Of a stretch of 64,000 nucleotides of DNA, positions 12,101-21,089 are shown one piece after another. The number at the start of each line of letters is the position of its first letter. Position 1 is the first letter of the stretch. Location: IMG/VR virus record IMGVR_UViG_3300017788_002590, positions 5,461-69,460 of that record, one strand, 5' to 3'. The DNA comes from a virus. Under the pieces are notes generated by a model. That model searched no databases. It saw only the letters and a list, made by a program, of their open reading frames with translations, and was not told the origin of the DNA. The position numbers and the translations under genes are program-made.

Positions 12101-14472
12101 AATATGTTGTACAAAGCTGGGATCCTGGACAAAATGAACCTCCTCCTATTTTTCCTTCTAGTGCAAATGGTACTGTGAGTTTGTTGGGAGAATGCAATAT
12201 ATTAGATAAATATGTATATGGATTATATGCTGGTTCGTGTTATGATGGACCGACATCCTCATTTGCGGTAGGAGAGGGACCTAATGGTTGCGAAGCCGCT
12301 GTTGCTCATGCCACACAATACGGCGCTAGTGTATCTGTTGTTGCACATAGCAGAGCACAAGCTACAGAACACTATAATTTTAGAGGTAATGGAAGTTGTT
12401 GTTGCGGATTTGCCGGAGGGTGCGGCGGTCCTTGTTATTGTTTAACCATACAAGAAATAAAACCGATGAGTGTGCAATACTATTGTGACGATGAAACATG
12501 GGGACCGGTAAGTTTTATCGAACCTAAGACTCGCACACCGGAATTTGGATGTATGGGATTTGGACATGAATGCACAGAGTATAGAGTAGGATATTGCGGA
12601 GTTGACGATTGTCCATCATGTGCTAATACATTAATATCTCATGATAAAGTTAATTTTAATTATACATTTGAATACTGTAGATATGTTTTTAATCTAAAAG
12701 GCCATGCATATAGACAAAGGCACAGAAGTCTTACTTTTGATACTATAATTAGGCCAAGACCGGAAGAATGTTACAATTTTGTAACACCTATTATGCCTGG
12801 TCAGTGCGGTCGTCCAGAGACCGGAGGAGACGCTTTTACTTATTGCAATACATATCCTTATATTACTGACTGGCAAAAAATGGAAGATTTTTTCCATAAT
12901 AATATAGTGCTTGGATATTCAGAAATAGATGCAGATCCAGAAGAACCGGATTGTTTACCTAAAAAAACTTGTTTAGCTTCTATAGGTGCTGCTAGATGTG
13001 GAGACAATGCAAGAGGGGGAGCTTACTTCGGTTGTCCTTCGTGTGTGATGCCTCCGTGTGTTCCACAAATTGGTGGCACTCATTGCTCTAGAGGGTCTTA
13101 TTTCAAGGCTAGAGGAGTAGATTATGAGGGATATGAAACTCGTAACGCGAACAGGCTTGGTTTCAATCATTGCAATGTTAAACATGTATGTGGAACCATA
13201 CGTAGTGGCAGTCATAATGTTAAACAATATAGAAGAATATGGTTGACTACTCAGACTAGATCAGTAGGCACCTATAATCCGTCTTGTCCGTCTACGGTAT
13301 TAAGCGTTAACTATACTTCTAAAACTATTACTGTTAATGTTGGAGGTAAGTCTTATTGTATACCCCACACTGTAAATGGTTGTCCAAGAATTGCTATTAG
13401 TACAAATATGGAACAATTATCAATAACAGATTCTGTTAATAGCAGTTGTGATAAATGTTCCCCAACACCCGCTCAAATAGTATTAAATCCTCAAACACAA
13501 AGTTTTTTGACTAGACAAGAAAGAAGATTATGTGTTTTAGGTATAAAATATTCTAATAGTGTAAATTCACCAGGTGTGGTTTGCGAAGGAGGAGGAATTC
13601 CCCTGGTTAGTGTTTGCGCCCAATGCGGTGGTGGGCCTGTAGAATACGGATGTATGGAATGGGGTACTATTACTCATGATTCACCACAAATATGGGCAGG
13701 ACAAACTATAGAGTGTTTAAGGGGATTACCAGGAGGCATACCTGGCGGTCTTGTTGGGTATGAATTAGAGGAGTGGAGATGGGAATTGGATCAAATAGCT
13801 AGACAGAGATATGCTTATTTAGGAGATGGTGCTGCTCATATACCACCAAATGATATTTTAGAAGGAGTATTACCTGGTAGCGTAAGTACACCACAAATTT
13901 TAAGTTTTAATGTTGGAGGATCCAAACGAACAAGGGCGGGTGTAGTAGCCAACAATGTTGCCACAGCACATGTGGCTTACTACGAATATACTTATATTAG
14001 ACCACTAAGCATTCAAGATATTTTACGCAATGACAATTCCCTTATATGCGCACCCGACGGCGGTCCTGCTATAACAAATAATATTGTGCAAAATATTAGA
14101 GATTCTTTATCTAATAATGTTTCTTTTAATTACTATAATAATAGTTTAGGATATTGTCAATTATTGCCATATCCTCCTGAATTTAGACAAGTATTTACTG
14201 GATATCAAGGAGAAAGATTTTATTATTATAATCAAGGCATAGTAGACGGATCTTCATATACAGACACAAGACCATTCTTTAAACAAGAAAATAATTGCGA
14301 CAGTTCTATTTCTTGCTATTATAACCATAGCGTATTCGTATGCGGTCAAAATGATTATTGTTGTTTTAGTGATTTATCAGTCGGTAACAATACAGGTATC
14401 AAACCCACTTGTACTATGAACAATCAATATGGTCAACCAGGACAAGAACTTACTAATATCTATTATCCATAA
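6160..14472 (+). CDS. Giant Cys-rich hypothetical protein, probable virion/tail component (2770 aa)
   Basis: 8.3-kb uninterrupted ORF with dense Cys clusters at both ends (TCCSGAC; GSCCCGFAGGCGGPCYC). No family recognised. Confidence 0.5.
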   Translation: MSCEIFDKDLIADVIDLNSSNISVNLSWLTQRMGGGITFSGVWRPIYVYPNQNNSLASPLMSARTRGASFFTPCDCSDGSINMDPITEQIEESSLCSYCGDYAVQWRLYDIAGNASPRAHSGTCCSGACDVRFRADDYLPKIPVLNHAYITGVTDFKYKQEFPACNNPQTLGCDGFVFIPPAARRQIGGNAYMAVDWSIRETISEIPYDKFTSHHDSEYLHNKSYKKSKMVSNTCGNFLMLSVNTIPGLPATGHYYIKSYPILSGLLGTTVSGDMPDSVLPTPQQFAELPYGIDEEKYKNIFIHDEKIASYWKWNYASGVLCWYRYYDMHRINDQRPIPGVDLYIPPGDVFFATNDGPEPATSLSNPTGLNGLIQSCPSGLKVVDNGQFKCIIPSGSEFLYISNNLYSKFYEIYYRLSQRTGSRDALILSAVLATAPQYDQITVDLLRDSFNSDYSKNQFFQIDTLNKDMQYTTTMDSVSQLNYISNKKELIATLASKYGTYLYIPPRSNINIAFNQTINSSFGLELDFDMVFDKNDINWSNYGATCQPFTSCASRFFRKEYHYNQTISGPEGFGLPLYVWPEIAMRHNRSCVDNRDGTSTLTNSDYRLYSAIVLNGQILKQVPSSSGCYIIKDTYPRIAERDNLNSCSNCDQYSSFYRINNAETVECGVAYPSFCYATLARRFNNSPPQFTNDPQNRPERTLKDGTVRFERKYRATFFNPYVDTLAFHAQGGLMINSYPFGLDSEVVFRQNDPTPPSTTNNITINFETKDMGLKIYSIAAEYLQTQLSSSSDCKRFPVKESCKCWPINMTPLHSQDCNNPNRSYFSTPNFYTPSLSTRFSPRLQQYGGYTQKELDNIFGPSVLTAGSLLSPLNNLINPENPYGCDSTASIELHNYTNTRWTLNPVGFSTSHADVEVSINEDINLLGNRYRTILHREGGDSPGQVTDYWLEYRPLLDAKRFATKVYIPEGTFNNTFYANQRYIIFSKDTAIPATLTVELQNPFLEALIIAAGGQEKSVLFPPSGRLLTPYAKTTVQTSDKIYRGDEVSKVTINLHQKYRKQYINFVLNSPAPMGYLYKGSFHPNSGLTTDASLFRKSAIKDDTIYYDASLRDTGAADTFNEGFCMIGSFTPRVINAINNLHQFDYHKKLRLYLLINGKWWQYNGSNANSFKVNDIVYPGRPLIHEYIPNKNFTKGLPSVFVAPVKESNRFNFVYNKYNTNRSNNNEPTQPLEFPIMSERFYFSDQDRTTITIPGTRAYYRIPEIDPSIETLLPNIDFIYSFVPSNPSTFQYGSLIKFLDGSHWICIDPSKPNLRASYVFSDFDYLQHNFSDLHLDFKRLSKSGYLYNSKRPTSLFGWFKNPVLRSSMFIPIIEKSIIVKFVTKNGLPVKDLTKEDVYMLPYTRLKLAYGVRNQGFTLVNFNYPRYHSFVISNADVILCEQDPDITNRLIQSKWGDLITFDGYIIDQYKDALFDPQKYYPKSNYDNIFYKTIINNHREKNFFYRLEDTGLRAISEGGEISNIPLDITHAGLVYYSILHKYALGENTPYSIQSDSYHNYLPFMDLNILNDPDPIIPESLNTLVNFYENQNTPFTGKISIAGIHRDIKPATGNYLQYGNNDLFWINFSGIEQAKSAFVPYNNFFSPTLRIDDPPFVFSRTFRETVRFPGTYNPPCINTFQPLHIIDYSESTARFDATSSFGTWRHQSRTPHYRFHIYCDTDNSTCDNNGCYGNIDQGIKHIGWTNIKAEYNVGINFDTNIPDVVPYYISYDAGLYNALGSDSVITIARSELASFGNFFPVRTAQRVAAEGISADTMCSTPYVIPMDYKSSTINPIYQETLTRGVAQQSHTTSVLNTDAMASEMLFRIMYGESQNVNKNMFLVSNNLITKKDLIAYTDPPITALDLYKEILYNYDIGADMSNMNINGSFTVDAVQSVGGALSITIGDTICLFNIRREEGSIYIVGSIGSRSMRERLFVESWQDRQYVVQSWDPGQNEPPPIFPSSANGTVSLLGECNILDKYVYGLYAGSCYDGPTSSFAVGEGPNGCEAAVAHATQYGASVSVVAHSRAQATEHYNFRGNGSCCCGFAGGCGGPCYCLTIQEIKPMSVQYYCDDETWGPVSFIEPKTRTPEFGCMGFGHECTEYRVGYCGVDDCPSCANTLISHDKVNFNYTFEYCRYVFNLKGHAYRQRHRSLTFDTIIRPRPEECYNFVTPIMPGQCGRPETGGDAFTYCNTYPYITDWQKMEDFFHNNIVLGYSEIDADPEEPDCLPKKTCLASIGAARCGDNARGGAYFGCPSCVMPPCVPQIGGTHCSRGSYFKARGVDYEGYETRNANRLGFNHCNVKHVCGTIRSGSHNVKQYRRIWLTTQTRSVGTYNPSCPSTVLSVNYTSKTITVNVGGKSYCIPHTVNGCPRIAISTNMEQLSITDSVNSSCDKCSPTPAQIVLNPQTQSFLTRQERRLCVLGIKYSNSVNSPGVVCEGGGIPLVSVCAQCGGGPVEYGCMEWGTITHDSPQIWAGQTIECLRGLPGGIPGGLVGYELEEWRWELDQIARQRYAYLGDGAAHIPPNDILEGVLPGSVSTPQILSFNVGGSKRTRAGVVANNVATAHVAYYEYTYIRPLSIQDILRNDNSLICAPDGGPAITNNIVQNIRDSLSNNVSFNYYNNSLGYCQLLPYPPEFRQVFTGYQGERFYYYNQGIVDGSSYTDTRPFFKQENNCDSSISCYYNHSVFVCGQNDYCCFSDLSVGNNTGIKPTCTMNNQYGQPGQELTNIYYP

Positions 14473-14486
14473 AAAGGAAATTTATT

Positions 14487-15017
14487 ATGCATTATTGTGA
14501 TTTTGAAGATACTAATGAGCAATTTAACAATAAAACAATATATAAATGTAAATATTGTGGATCATTAATAGCTTTAGAAAATCCTGACGCTAAAATTCTT
14601 TGTTTTAAAAAACAACAAGACTTCTTCCAGCAAATGTATAATATGGACCAAAAACCAGAAAATATGATCACCAATCACCATATTAACAAAGAAGATTTAT
14701 ACTCTTTTGTTAAAAATGATGCGCTACACAGGGCTTCTGTGCCTCCTCAAGACCCCACGGTTATGCAAAATACGATGCAACAGCAGCAGCAACAAGCAGA
14801 AATATTATGCACAAAGGAGGAGATAGATGAAAGAATGTCTATATGTAATATTTGTGAACACTTTAAAGATAATGCTTGTTTATTATGTGGTTGTGTGGTG
14901 GTGAGAGAGGCTAATTTTAACAACAAGCTCGCTCACAGACATCAAAGCTGCCCCATAAATAAATGGGGTCCCATAGAATCTAAAACTTTAGCTGAGGAGT
15001 CCAACCGTACTGAATAA
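14487..15017 (+). CDS. Cys-rich metal-binding protein (DUF6171-like C-terminus)
   Basis: AAGGA RBS, N-terminal CKYC, short poly-Q linker, C-terminal ERMSICNICEHF...CLLCGC...SCPINKW pattern. Confidence 0.55.
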   Translation: MHYCDFEDTNEQFNNKTIYKCKYCGSLIALENPDAKILCFKKQQDFFQQMYNMDQKPENMITNHHINKEDLYSFVKNDALHRASVPPQDPTVMQNTMQQQQQQAEILCTKEEIDERMSICNICEHFKDNACLLCGCVVVREANFNNKLAHRHQSCPINKWGPIESKTLAEESNRTE

Positions 15018-16047
15018 CTTTGATATACTTAATAGTAGGCGTTGCCACAGCCTTTATTATTTCAATGTTGGATCCTGTTTTAATTCTTACTACAATAGGT
15101 ACGGATGTGATACCTGTGCGACTTCTGTATAGATGTATTCCTATTGCATAAGTGCCGGATAGGTTATTTCCGTCAGGATAGAACACATTCTCTACAGGAG
15201 TAAAAGAAACATTATGCTGACTAGCATTCATATCTATATCTAAAAACCCATTCGTTTGTGATCCTCTTTTGTTGATAAAATTAATGTATTCGGTAGCACC
15301 AACGGTTTTAGGAGCACCCCATTGTACATGAAGATCGACATCATCTATCGTATCCCAAGCTATAGATATTTGTATAGTTCCTGTTTGTGCCCCAGCATTA
15401 GCTAATCTATTAGCAATATCTCCTCCTCCGTTTTTGCCTCTTGTGTCTTTAGACACAGTATTTGCAGCAACTCCGTCCCCTAATCCTTGCAAAATATTGG
15501 ATAAGATTTGGGATTGTTGTATATTGGTATTTTTTGATTCAGCTACGGATTTGCTATCGGTGGTCGGCGATATATGTTGTGAGATGTCACTTATAGAAGG
15601 TATAGTATCGATAGAAGACATATTAGATGGTTCGGATACTATATTTTCGGGATTATCTATTGATGATACTGATATAGGGTCTTCTGAAATTGTATTTACA
15701 GTCGGAATTTCTGGTATACTATATTCAGGATTCGGTAAAGAGTCCGGAAGTATATCGATAGCATCATGAATAATAGTGTCCGCTTCTATTGATCCTACAG
15801 ATATATTCAATACTATTCGATTTGGTTTTGTAGTATTGTGAGAATATAAACACAAAAATAGTATTATAATGGTATTAACAATAAAACTAATACCAAATGA
15901 TCTAAATTCTATATTCTCTTCTTTAGAAGCAGGCCCTAAAAAAAGATCATAGATACTTCTTTTTATAGAATTAATAGCAGTTATTAATCCAAAAGATTCT
16001 ATTTCTTCTTTTTGTTGTCTGTTTCTTGCGTAGGAGTAGGAGTCCAC
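14980..16047 (-). CDS. Single-pass membrane protein with C-terminal YfaP/DUF2135-like domain
   Basis: Hydrophobic FGISFIVNTIIILFLCLY segment, acidic S/P/E linker, then IQISIAWDTIDDVDLHV...LDIDMN...PVENVFYP. GTG start. Confidence 0.6.
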   Translation of the reverse strand: MDSYSYARNRQQKEEIESFGLITAINSIKRSIYDLFLGPASKEENIEFRSFGISFIVNTIIILFLCLYSHNTTKPNRIVLNISVGSIEADTIIHDAIDILPDSLPNPEYSIPEIPTVNTISEDPISVSSIDNPENIVSEPSNMSSIDTIPSISDISQHISPTTDSKSVAESKNTNIQQSQILSNILQGLGDGVAANTVSKDTRGKNGGGDIANRLANAGAQTGTIQISIAWDTIDDVDLHVQWGAPKTVGATEYINFINKRGSQTNGFLDIDMNASQHNVSFTPVENVFYPDGNNLSGTYAIGIHLYRSRTGITSVPIVVRIKTGSNIEIIKAVATPTIKYIKVIQYGWTPQLKF

Positions 16048-16349
16048 TTATGCCAACCTTTATTTGGTAACCAATTACCGTCATCGTCTTTTCTTTTTGG
16101 AAATAAAGTACCACCTTTTTTATGTTGTCCAAATGCTAAGACAGCGCCACAATCATTACATCTTAACTCGTAATAATCGTTACCGTCTACATTTCTAACA
16201 ATATATCTTAGGTTTGTACTACCGCATAATCCACACTTTTCTTCTGCAAAAATTTCTTGTATGAGAGCTAATTCTTTAAAAACTTCTTTTTGTCCAGCGC
16301 CTTCTAGTTCGAATTCTAGCTTATCTCCAACCTTATATTTTACTTTCAT
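15999..16349 (-). CDS. Hypothetical zinc-ribbon protein
   Basis: CGLC...CNDC motif pair; 116 aa, tightly packed with neighbours. Confidence 0.6.
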   Translation of the reverse strand: MKVKYKVGDKLEFELEGAGQKEVFKELALIQEIFAEEKCGLCGSTNLRYIVRNVDGNDYYELRCNDCGAVLAFGQHKKGGTLFPKRKDDDGNWLPNKGWHKWTPTPTQETDNKKKK

Positions 16350-16352
16350 AGT

Positions 16353-17063
16353 TTATTTCCATTTTTCGTGGTAGCCTAATAGTTTATCTGTGATATCAGA
16401 CAAATTCTGTTGATAATAATTCAACTTTTGTATAACAGTCACAGCGTTTTCATGACTCATATTATATACGGTATCCGATGAAATGTCAAGATCATTTAAC
16501 AGATTAATCACATTAATATTAAGTCTTTTAGCAATAACATCTATGAAATTGATTTGGTTAGAACTGATTTTGGAGGCAGAAACCCCATCTACATCATCTT
16601 CTATAGATTGGGCAATTTCTTCTGCTGCAACCACCTTTTTGAGTTTTAGGGCTCTTCTTAATGCTCTTCCTTCTGCTCTGGTTTCCGCCACAGCAACAGG
16701 ATGATTTCTAAAAAGCTTGTCGCAATTACCCCAATAAACGTCCGCTGAGCCATCTACAGTGATAGTATTTACACCCTCGGTATCAGACTCATGCGGATTT
16801 AAACGGTACGTTATACTGTGACAAACGGTTGCTCTTTTTTCGTTGGATGGATCAGGCATTTGTACAACCTGAGATGTTGAGCATAAAATCCTACAATTCA
16901 ATGCTATTTCAAATATTCTTCTAAGCCCATCTGTTGTTGGATTTCCTGATATCTTTTCATCATCTAATAATAATCCTAAAACTTGGTCAGTCCATCCGGG
17001 ATCATTAGGAGTTACATTTTCTTTTTCGACCATATTATCTTTAGTAGCTTTTGACTTGGTCAT
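16353..17063 (-). CDS. Probable ssDNA-annealing protein (Rad52/Erf-like)
   Basis: AVAETRAEGRALRRAL motif and C-terminal ISSNQINFI helix resemble phage annealing proteins. Confidence 0.5.
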   Translation of the reverse strand: MTKSKATKDNMVEKENVTPNDPGWTDQVLGLLLDDEKISGNPTTDGLRRIFEIALNCRILCSTSQVVQMPDPSNEKRATVCHSITYRLNPHESDTEGVNTITVDGSADVYWGNCDKLFRNHPVAVAETRAEGRALRRALKLKKVVAAEEIAQSIEDDVDGVSASKISSNQINFIDVIAKRLNINVINLLNDLDISSDTVYNMSHENAVTVIQKLNYYQQNLSDITDKLLGYHEKWK

Positions 17064-17067
17064 ATAA

Positions 17068-17853
17068 TCAGTCCTCTATTTCTAGAATTTTTGAAGTTTG
17101 AAACGATGATGGATTTAGTAATATGTGTTTAAGATTTTGATAAACTTTTTCTGCTCTGGCCTTAGAAAAATCATGAGTTTGTTTGATACGAATAAGATTC
17201 AACCCTTTTCCTATTAATAGTCCAGATTTTTTATTGTCATATTTTTGATTTCGAGTTAAACTATCTTGTCCCCAAACTGGCAGAAAATGAGATGGTCCGT
17301 CAATCTCTATTGCTGTGTTCATAGTAGGAAGAAACAGATCAATTTGCAACTTGGTATTCGACAAAATCTGTTCCTTATGGAATTCTGTTTTGTAACCATC
17401 TTGGATCAGCTTATTTAAAATGTAGTGTTCTAGTTTTGAACCCACCTTGCTACTATGTCTTACTGCTTTATTGGCAGAATCTAGCCTGTTTTCTTTTTCT
17501 GTTTGAGATAATGAATCCCATAATTTTTTAGCTCTTTTTTTTCTTGTGTTTTTTTCTTTATCAGAAGATTGTTCCCATGTTTCCATAACTTTTTTACCAA
17601 TTTTCATTTTAGTATCTTCTGTTCTTTTTGATCCTTTTGTTGGATGCTTATGTTTGCCTGTTTTTAACGCATTTTTTTGTGCTTCGCTTTTATCTCTAAT
17701 GTTTATATTAAATCTGATTGCGTCTCTACGAATTTTATTTGCATATGTGCCGTATTCTTTTGCTATGTCTCCAAAGCTTTTTTGTTTTGATATATATAAA
17801 TCTAAAATGATATTTTGTTTATCCATATCATTATAATTGTCGTATAACATCAT
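17068..17853 (-). CDS. Free-standing putative homing endonuclease (HTH + NUMOD3-like basic repeats + Vsr/DUF559-like nuclease)
   Basis: SFGDIAKEYGT HTH, KGSKRTEDTKMKIG NUMOD3-like segment, IDLFLP...IEIDGPSHF...NLIRI nuclease motifs. Confidence 0.65.
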   Translation of the reverse strand: MMLYDNYNDMDKQNIILDLYISKQKSFGDIAKEYGTYANKIRRDAIRFNINIRDKSEAQKNALKTGKHKHPTKGSKRTEDTKMKIGKKVMETWEQSSDKEKNTRKKRAKKLWDSLSQTEKENRLDSANKAVRHSSKVGSKLEHYILNKLIQDGYKTEFHKEQILSNTKLQIDLFLPTMNTAIEIDGPSHFLPVWGQDSLTRNQKYDNKKSGLLIGKGLNLIRIKQTHDFSKARAEKVYQNLKHILLNPSSFQTSKILEIED

Positions 17854-18295
17854 CTAGTCCTTTCGCTGTTAAACTAGGGTTGATAGCAATAGGTTGTTTC
17901 CAACATATTGTAGTTAGATCATAATCTTCTTGGTTAGAAACTAGAATTTCTAAATCAGTATTCATATATATATTATACCATAGAGTATATGGTAGATCAT
18001 GTTTATTGACCCATTCTAGTCGTTTAAGGACTAATACTTGTTTTGTTGGTCCAGGAAAAGTGATCGACATAGAAGCGGATTCTGTGTCAAATACAAATAA
18101 GATACCTTTAAAGTATTTACTATGGCTAATAGGTAGTATATAATATTTTTTATTTGGATCAATAGTATTATAGCTATTATTAAATAACACAATATTGTCT
18201 AGTGGCCTATTTTCACATAAGCCATTAATAGCCTGAAGAATTTCGTGATCGGCTTGATTTTGATTTATTTCCGGACAGAAAAATCCTATGTTCAT
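17831..18295 (-). CDS. Hypothetical protein, possible GT-B N-terminal-like domain
   Basis: Likely start MNIGFF at 18295, immediately after the upstream stop. Rossmann-like start and last gene of the GT cluster. Confidence 0.4.
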   Translation of the reverse strand: MNIGFFCPEINQNQADHEILQAINGLCENRPLDNIVLFNNSYNTIDPNKKYYILPISHSKYFKGILFVFDTESASMSITFPGPTKQVLVLKRLEWVNKHDLPYTLWYNIYMNTDLEILVSNQEDYDLTTICWKQPIAINPSLTAKGLDDVIRQL

Positions 18296-18296
18296 A

Positions 18297-19070
18297 TTAT
18301 AACCCCATATATCTAATAAGCTCATTATTAACAAAATTACTGCATTTATTCTTATCTGTGAGTATTGGTAGTATGTATTGTTTATTTATAATTGCGTCAA
18401 TAATACTATTATTATTAATATCGAGATTTTTTATACCACAAACATAAGCTTCCAGAGAAAACTCCTGATCTATATCAACAAAATATTCGAAAGTATTCAA
18501 TACATAGTTTAGATCTGGTTCATTGTATATACCTACATTTTGAGGGTGTTTAAATTCTGGATTATTAAACAGAACAAATTGGTATTCTTTTTGAGTTGGG
18601 TACAGCATATTCTGTAATAGTTCATTGTTCTTTTTATTATCTACAGATAACGATACTGCTAATTTAGAATTTCTTGTGAGATTCGGTAGTGTTGTAAATA
18701 TACTATCATCATAAAACATATCACATTCTAATAAGTCGTTAGACATAGAACCAGCAAGGTTGTAAGATATAACTTTACATCCGGCATCAGACCAAAATTT
18801 GAATAAATCAACAGGTTGTACAGGTCTATCTATGTATAGAATAATTTGTGTTTTTTTATTATTTTGCACAATAAAATTATGAATCTCTTGAGTATATTCG
18901 ACTCCGGGATATAGAATTATGTCTGGCTTTTGAACATAACACATATCAAACAGTTTTGAATGTAGGTTATCAGCTATAAAACTCATACTATCAGTATTTC
19001 TAATACTAACATGTCTTAATATACTTCTATATTGTCTTGAACCACCAACATGAGCTAGAATTTTTTTCAT
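18297..19070 (-). CDS. Divergent glycosyltransferase-like protein
   Basis: KPDIILY and EAYVCG segments resemble GT-B/CgeB-like proteins; cluster context. Confidence 0.35.
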   Translation of the reverse strand: MKKILAHVGGSRQYRSILRHVSIRNTDSMSFIADNLHSKLFDMCYVQKPDIILYPGVEYTQEIHNFIVQNNKKTQIILYIDRPVQPVDLFKFWSDAGCKVISYNLAGSMSNDLLECDMFYDDSIFTTLPNLTRNSKLAVSLSVDNKKNNELLQNMLYPTQKEYQFVLFNNPEFKHPQNVGIYNEPDLNYVLNTFEYFVDIDQEFSLEAYVCGIKNLDINNNSIIDAIINKQYILPILTDKNKCSNFVNNELIRYMGL

Positions 19071-19079
19071 ATTATTCTC

Positions 19080-19778
19080 TTATTTAATTTTATGTTTATC
19101 TTTTAAGCCATTAATTTTAACAATATCACTAATTTTATCTAATGTAACTGTTCTAATATCTATTTTTTGTTTTTCGATCATAGTATTGATGATTTCGAAC
19201 ATGAACATATGATCATAATAATTGTGTATGCCCGAAATAATTTTTTTGATGTCGGTCGATGTAAGGTAAAATACATCTGTCCACACGGATTCTCCAATAT
19301 TATAGAACATATAATTTACTTTGCAATCCTGTAAGGTACAACCTATATAATTTTGTGTGGTTTTATATCTTTTTTTCGTTAGTATCCAAGATTCTTTAGG
19401 ATTAAATTTGGGTAAATGCTTAATCACTATGTTACTTAGTATAAACAACACGCCTTTTACATTGTCTATATAAGTGTTATCAATATTTTGTAAGAATAAT
19501 TTAAATGCATACCCATAATTTTTTGTATCATATTCTTCGTTATATATTGTATTAATAGACATATTATAGTCTGTAAGATTTTTTTTGATTTTTTCTTCCT
19601 CGAATCCAATAATCAGATGTATAGGATGGTATTGGGAATATTTCTGTATAGATCTTATAGAGTAATATAATAGCTCTTTATTTTTAGCAGACGACCTCAG
19701 CAGCCCTATCTGGCCGTGGGACTTCATTCCTTTTGTTATTTCGTGAGAAAAAATACAACATCCTATGTTTTTATTCAT
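19080..19778 (-). CDS. Divergent NTP-transferase-fold protein (LicC/MobA-like)
   Basis: KGMKSHGQIGLL, IIGFEEEKI and IYNEEYDTKN resemble sugar/choline-phosphate nucleotidyltransferases, but the canonical AAGxGxR is absent. Confidence 0.45.
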   Translation of the reverse strand: MNKNIGCCIFSHEITKGMKSHGQIGLLRSSAKNKELLYYSIRSIQKYSQYHPIHLIIGFEEEKIKKNLTDYNMSINTIYNEEYDTKNYGYAFKLFLQNIDNTYIDNVKGVLFILSNIVIKHLPKFNPKESWILTKKRYKTTQNYIGCTLQDCKVNYMFYNIGESVWTDVFYLTSTDIKKIISGIHNYYDHMFMFEIINTMIEKQKIDIRTVTLDKISDIVKINGLKDKHKIK

Positions 19779-20187
19779 GCGTTTTGGTTATCGATATAAT
19801 CGTATATACATTTTCATGATAGTATTTTTGAATTTTAATATTTGGTAGTTGATTAAATAGATCATTAATCATATATTCTGTCCACATAGACTTGACTGGT
19901 TCTATGACTTCTGATAATTTATCACACGAAATTTCATTTTTTTGTATTCTATTAGACATAACAGTGGCATTGATCATTTTAAAAACGGCTTCTCCATTAT
20001 AAGCAAGCTTGTTTATGATCTCAAAAAAAATACCGTGTCTAGCCGAAAACGGGATTTTATCTAAACAGTCACAAACAATATGTGGTAAATAACCATTGAT
20101 AACATTATTTAGATTGGTTATATTGACATTATCATATGTTGGCTGATTGTCAGATTCGTCAACTATAAAATTTATTGGTCTGTTCAT
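19771..20187 (-). CDS. Hypothetical protein, weakly methyltransferase-like
   Basis: DCLDKI...EIINKLAYNGEAVF resembles SAM-MTase post-motif segments; no glycine-rich motif I. Confidence 0.3.
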   Translation of the reverse strand: MNRPINFIVDESDNQPTYDNVNITNLNNVINGYLPHIVCDCLDKIPFSARHGIFFEIINKLAYNGEAVFKMINATVMSNRIQKNEISCDKLSEVIEPVKSMWTEYMINDLFNQLPNIKIQKYYHENVYTIISITKTHE

Positions 20188-21089
20188 CGTAAAAATACCT
20201 CTCGATCAGCTTGTGTTATTATGTTTGTTATATGAGAATTAAACGTATCTATATTATGATTATGCTGTATATATTCACCTACTGCCTCCAAATTTATATC
20301 CTTGTGATTAACTACAGATTGTATTAGAGCATTTATATCTGGATATTGTTCTATAGAAGGACACATAATTGATTGATTTTGTAATGTCATAGCCCTGCAG
20401 CCGCTAGATAAAGCACATAATAGATTAAAATGTGCGTAGTTAGAAAGATCTATAATACATTTATATTGGTTAAATATATGGTTTATAACCTTAATATTCA
20501 TATCAGAATTAATATTTATGATATCGCATACCAGATTATTTTGTGTTAGAATATTTTTTATTCTTTGTCCCAATGCTCCGCCGTCGAGGATCGCAACTGG
20601 CTTACGATTAGTTGAGTCTGTTGATTTAGTAAAAATAGATGTAGGAATTCCTAACGGTACTATATGAGATTTGTTTGGAGACCCCATACTTGTGGATAGT
20701 ACAGAGTCTGCAAAAATTTTGTGTTTATATTCTGTTTGTTGATTAAGAATGTGTCTGTCTTCTTTCTTGTATGCTTTATGATTGTGTATAAAAATAATAC
20801 TATTGATATGATATATATTACCGGTATTATTTTGGTTTGTAAATTTCTCTATATCATGAGATATATATACTCTATAATCATAGAAATTATAGCGATCTGG
20901 ATTTAATACAATTACATTATTAGTGTGTGGATTATATTTATTTTTACCATCTCCTAATATATAAAATGTATATGGTAATTGGTACAAAATATGATCGACC
21001 AAGCTAAAACATGGATCATATAGTATATTACCAATCGTGGGATTGATAGTTCTATTGATAACGCTACTTGTCATACAGCTTAATTGCAT
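20184..21089 (-). CDS. Divergent GT4-like glycosyltransferase
   Basis: IVPLGIPTSIF and LLCALSSGCRAM resemble the GT4 'IPxGID' and 'EAMAxGxP' motifs, with Glu substituted. Confidence 0.45.
   Translation of the reverse strand: MQLSCMTSSVINRTINPTIGNILYDPCFSLVDHILYQLPYTFYILGDGKNKYNPHTNNVIVLNPDRYNFYDYRVYISHDIEKFTNQNNTGNIYHINSIIFIHNHKAYKKEDRHILNQQTEYKHKIFADSVLSTSMGSPNKSHIVPLGIPTSIFTKSTDSTNRKPVAILDGGALGQRIKNILTQNNLVCDIININSDMNIKVINHIFNQYKCIIDLSNYAHFNLLCALSSGCRAMTLQNQSIMCPSIEQYPDINALIQSVVNHKDINLEAVGEYIQHNHNIDTFNSHITNIITQADREVFLR

Noticed and set aside
14775-14796. CAG/CAA poly-Gln tract as a contingency repeat
   Set aside because: Only six mixed codons in a linker; too short to support phase variation.
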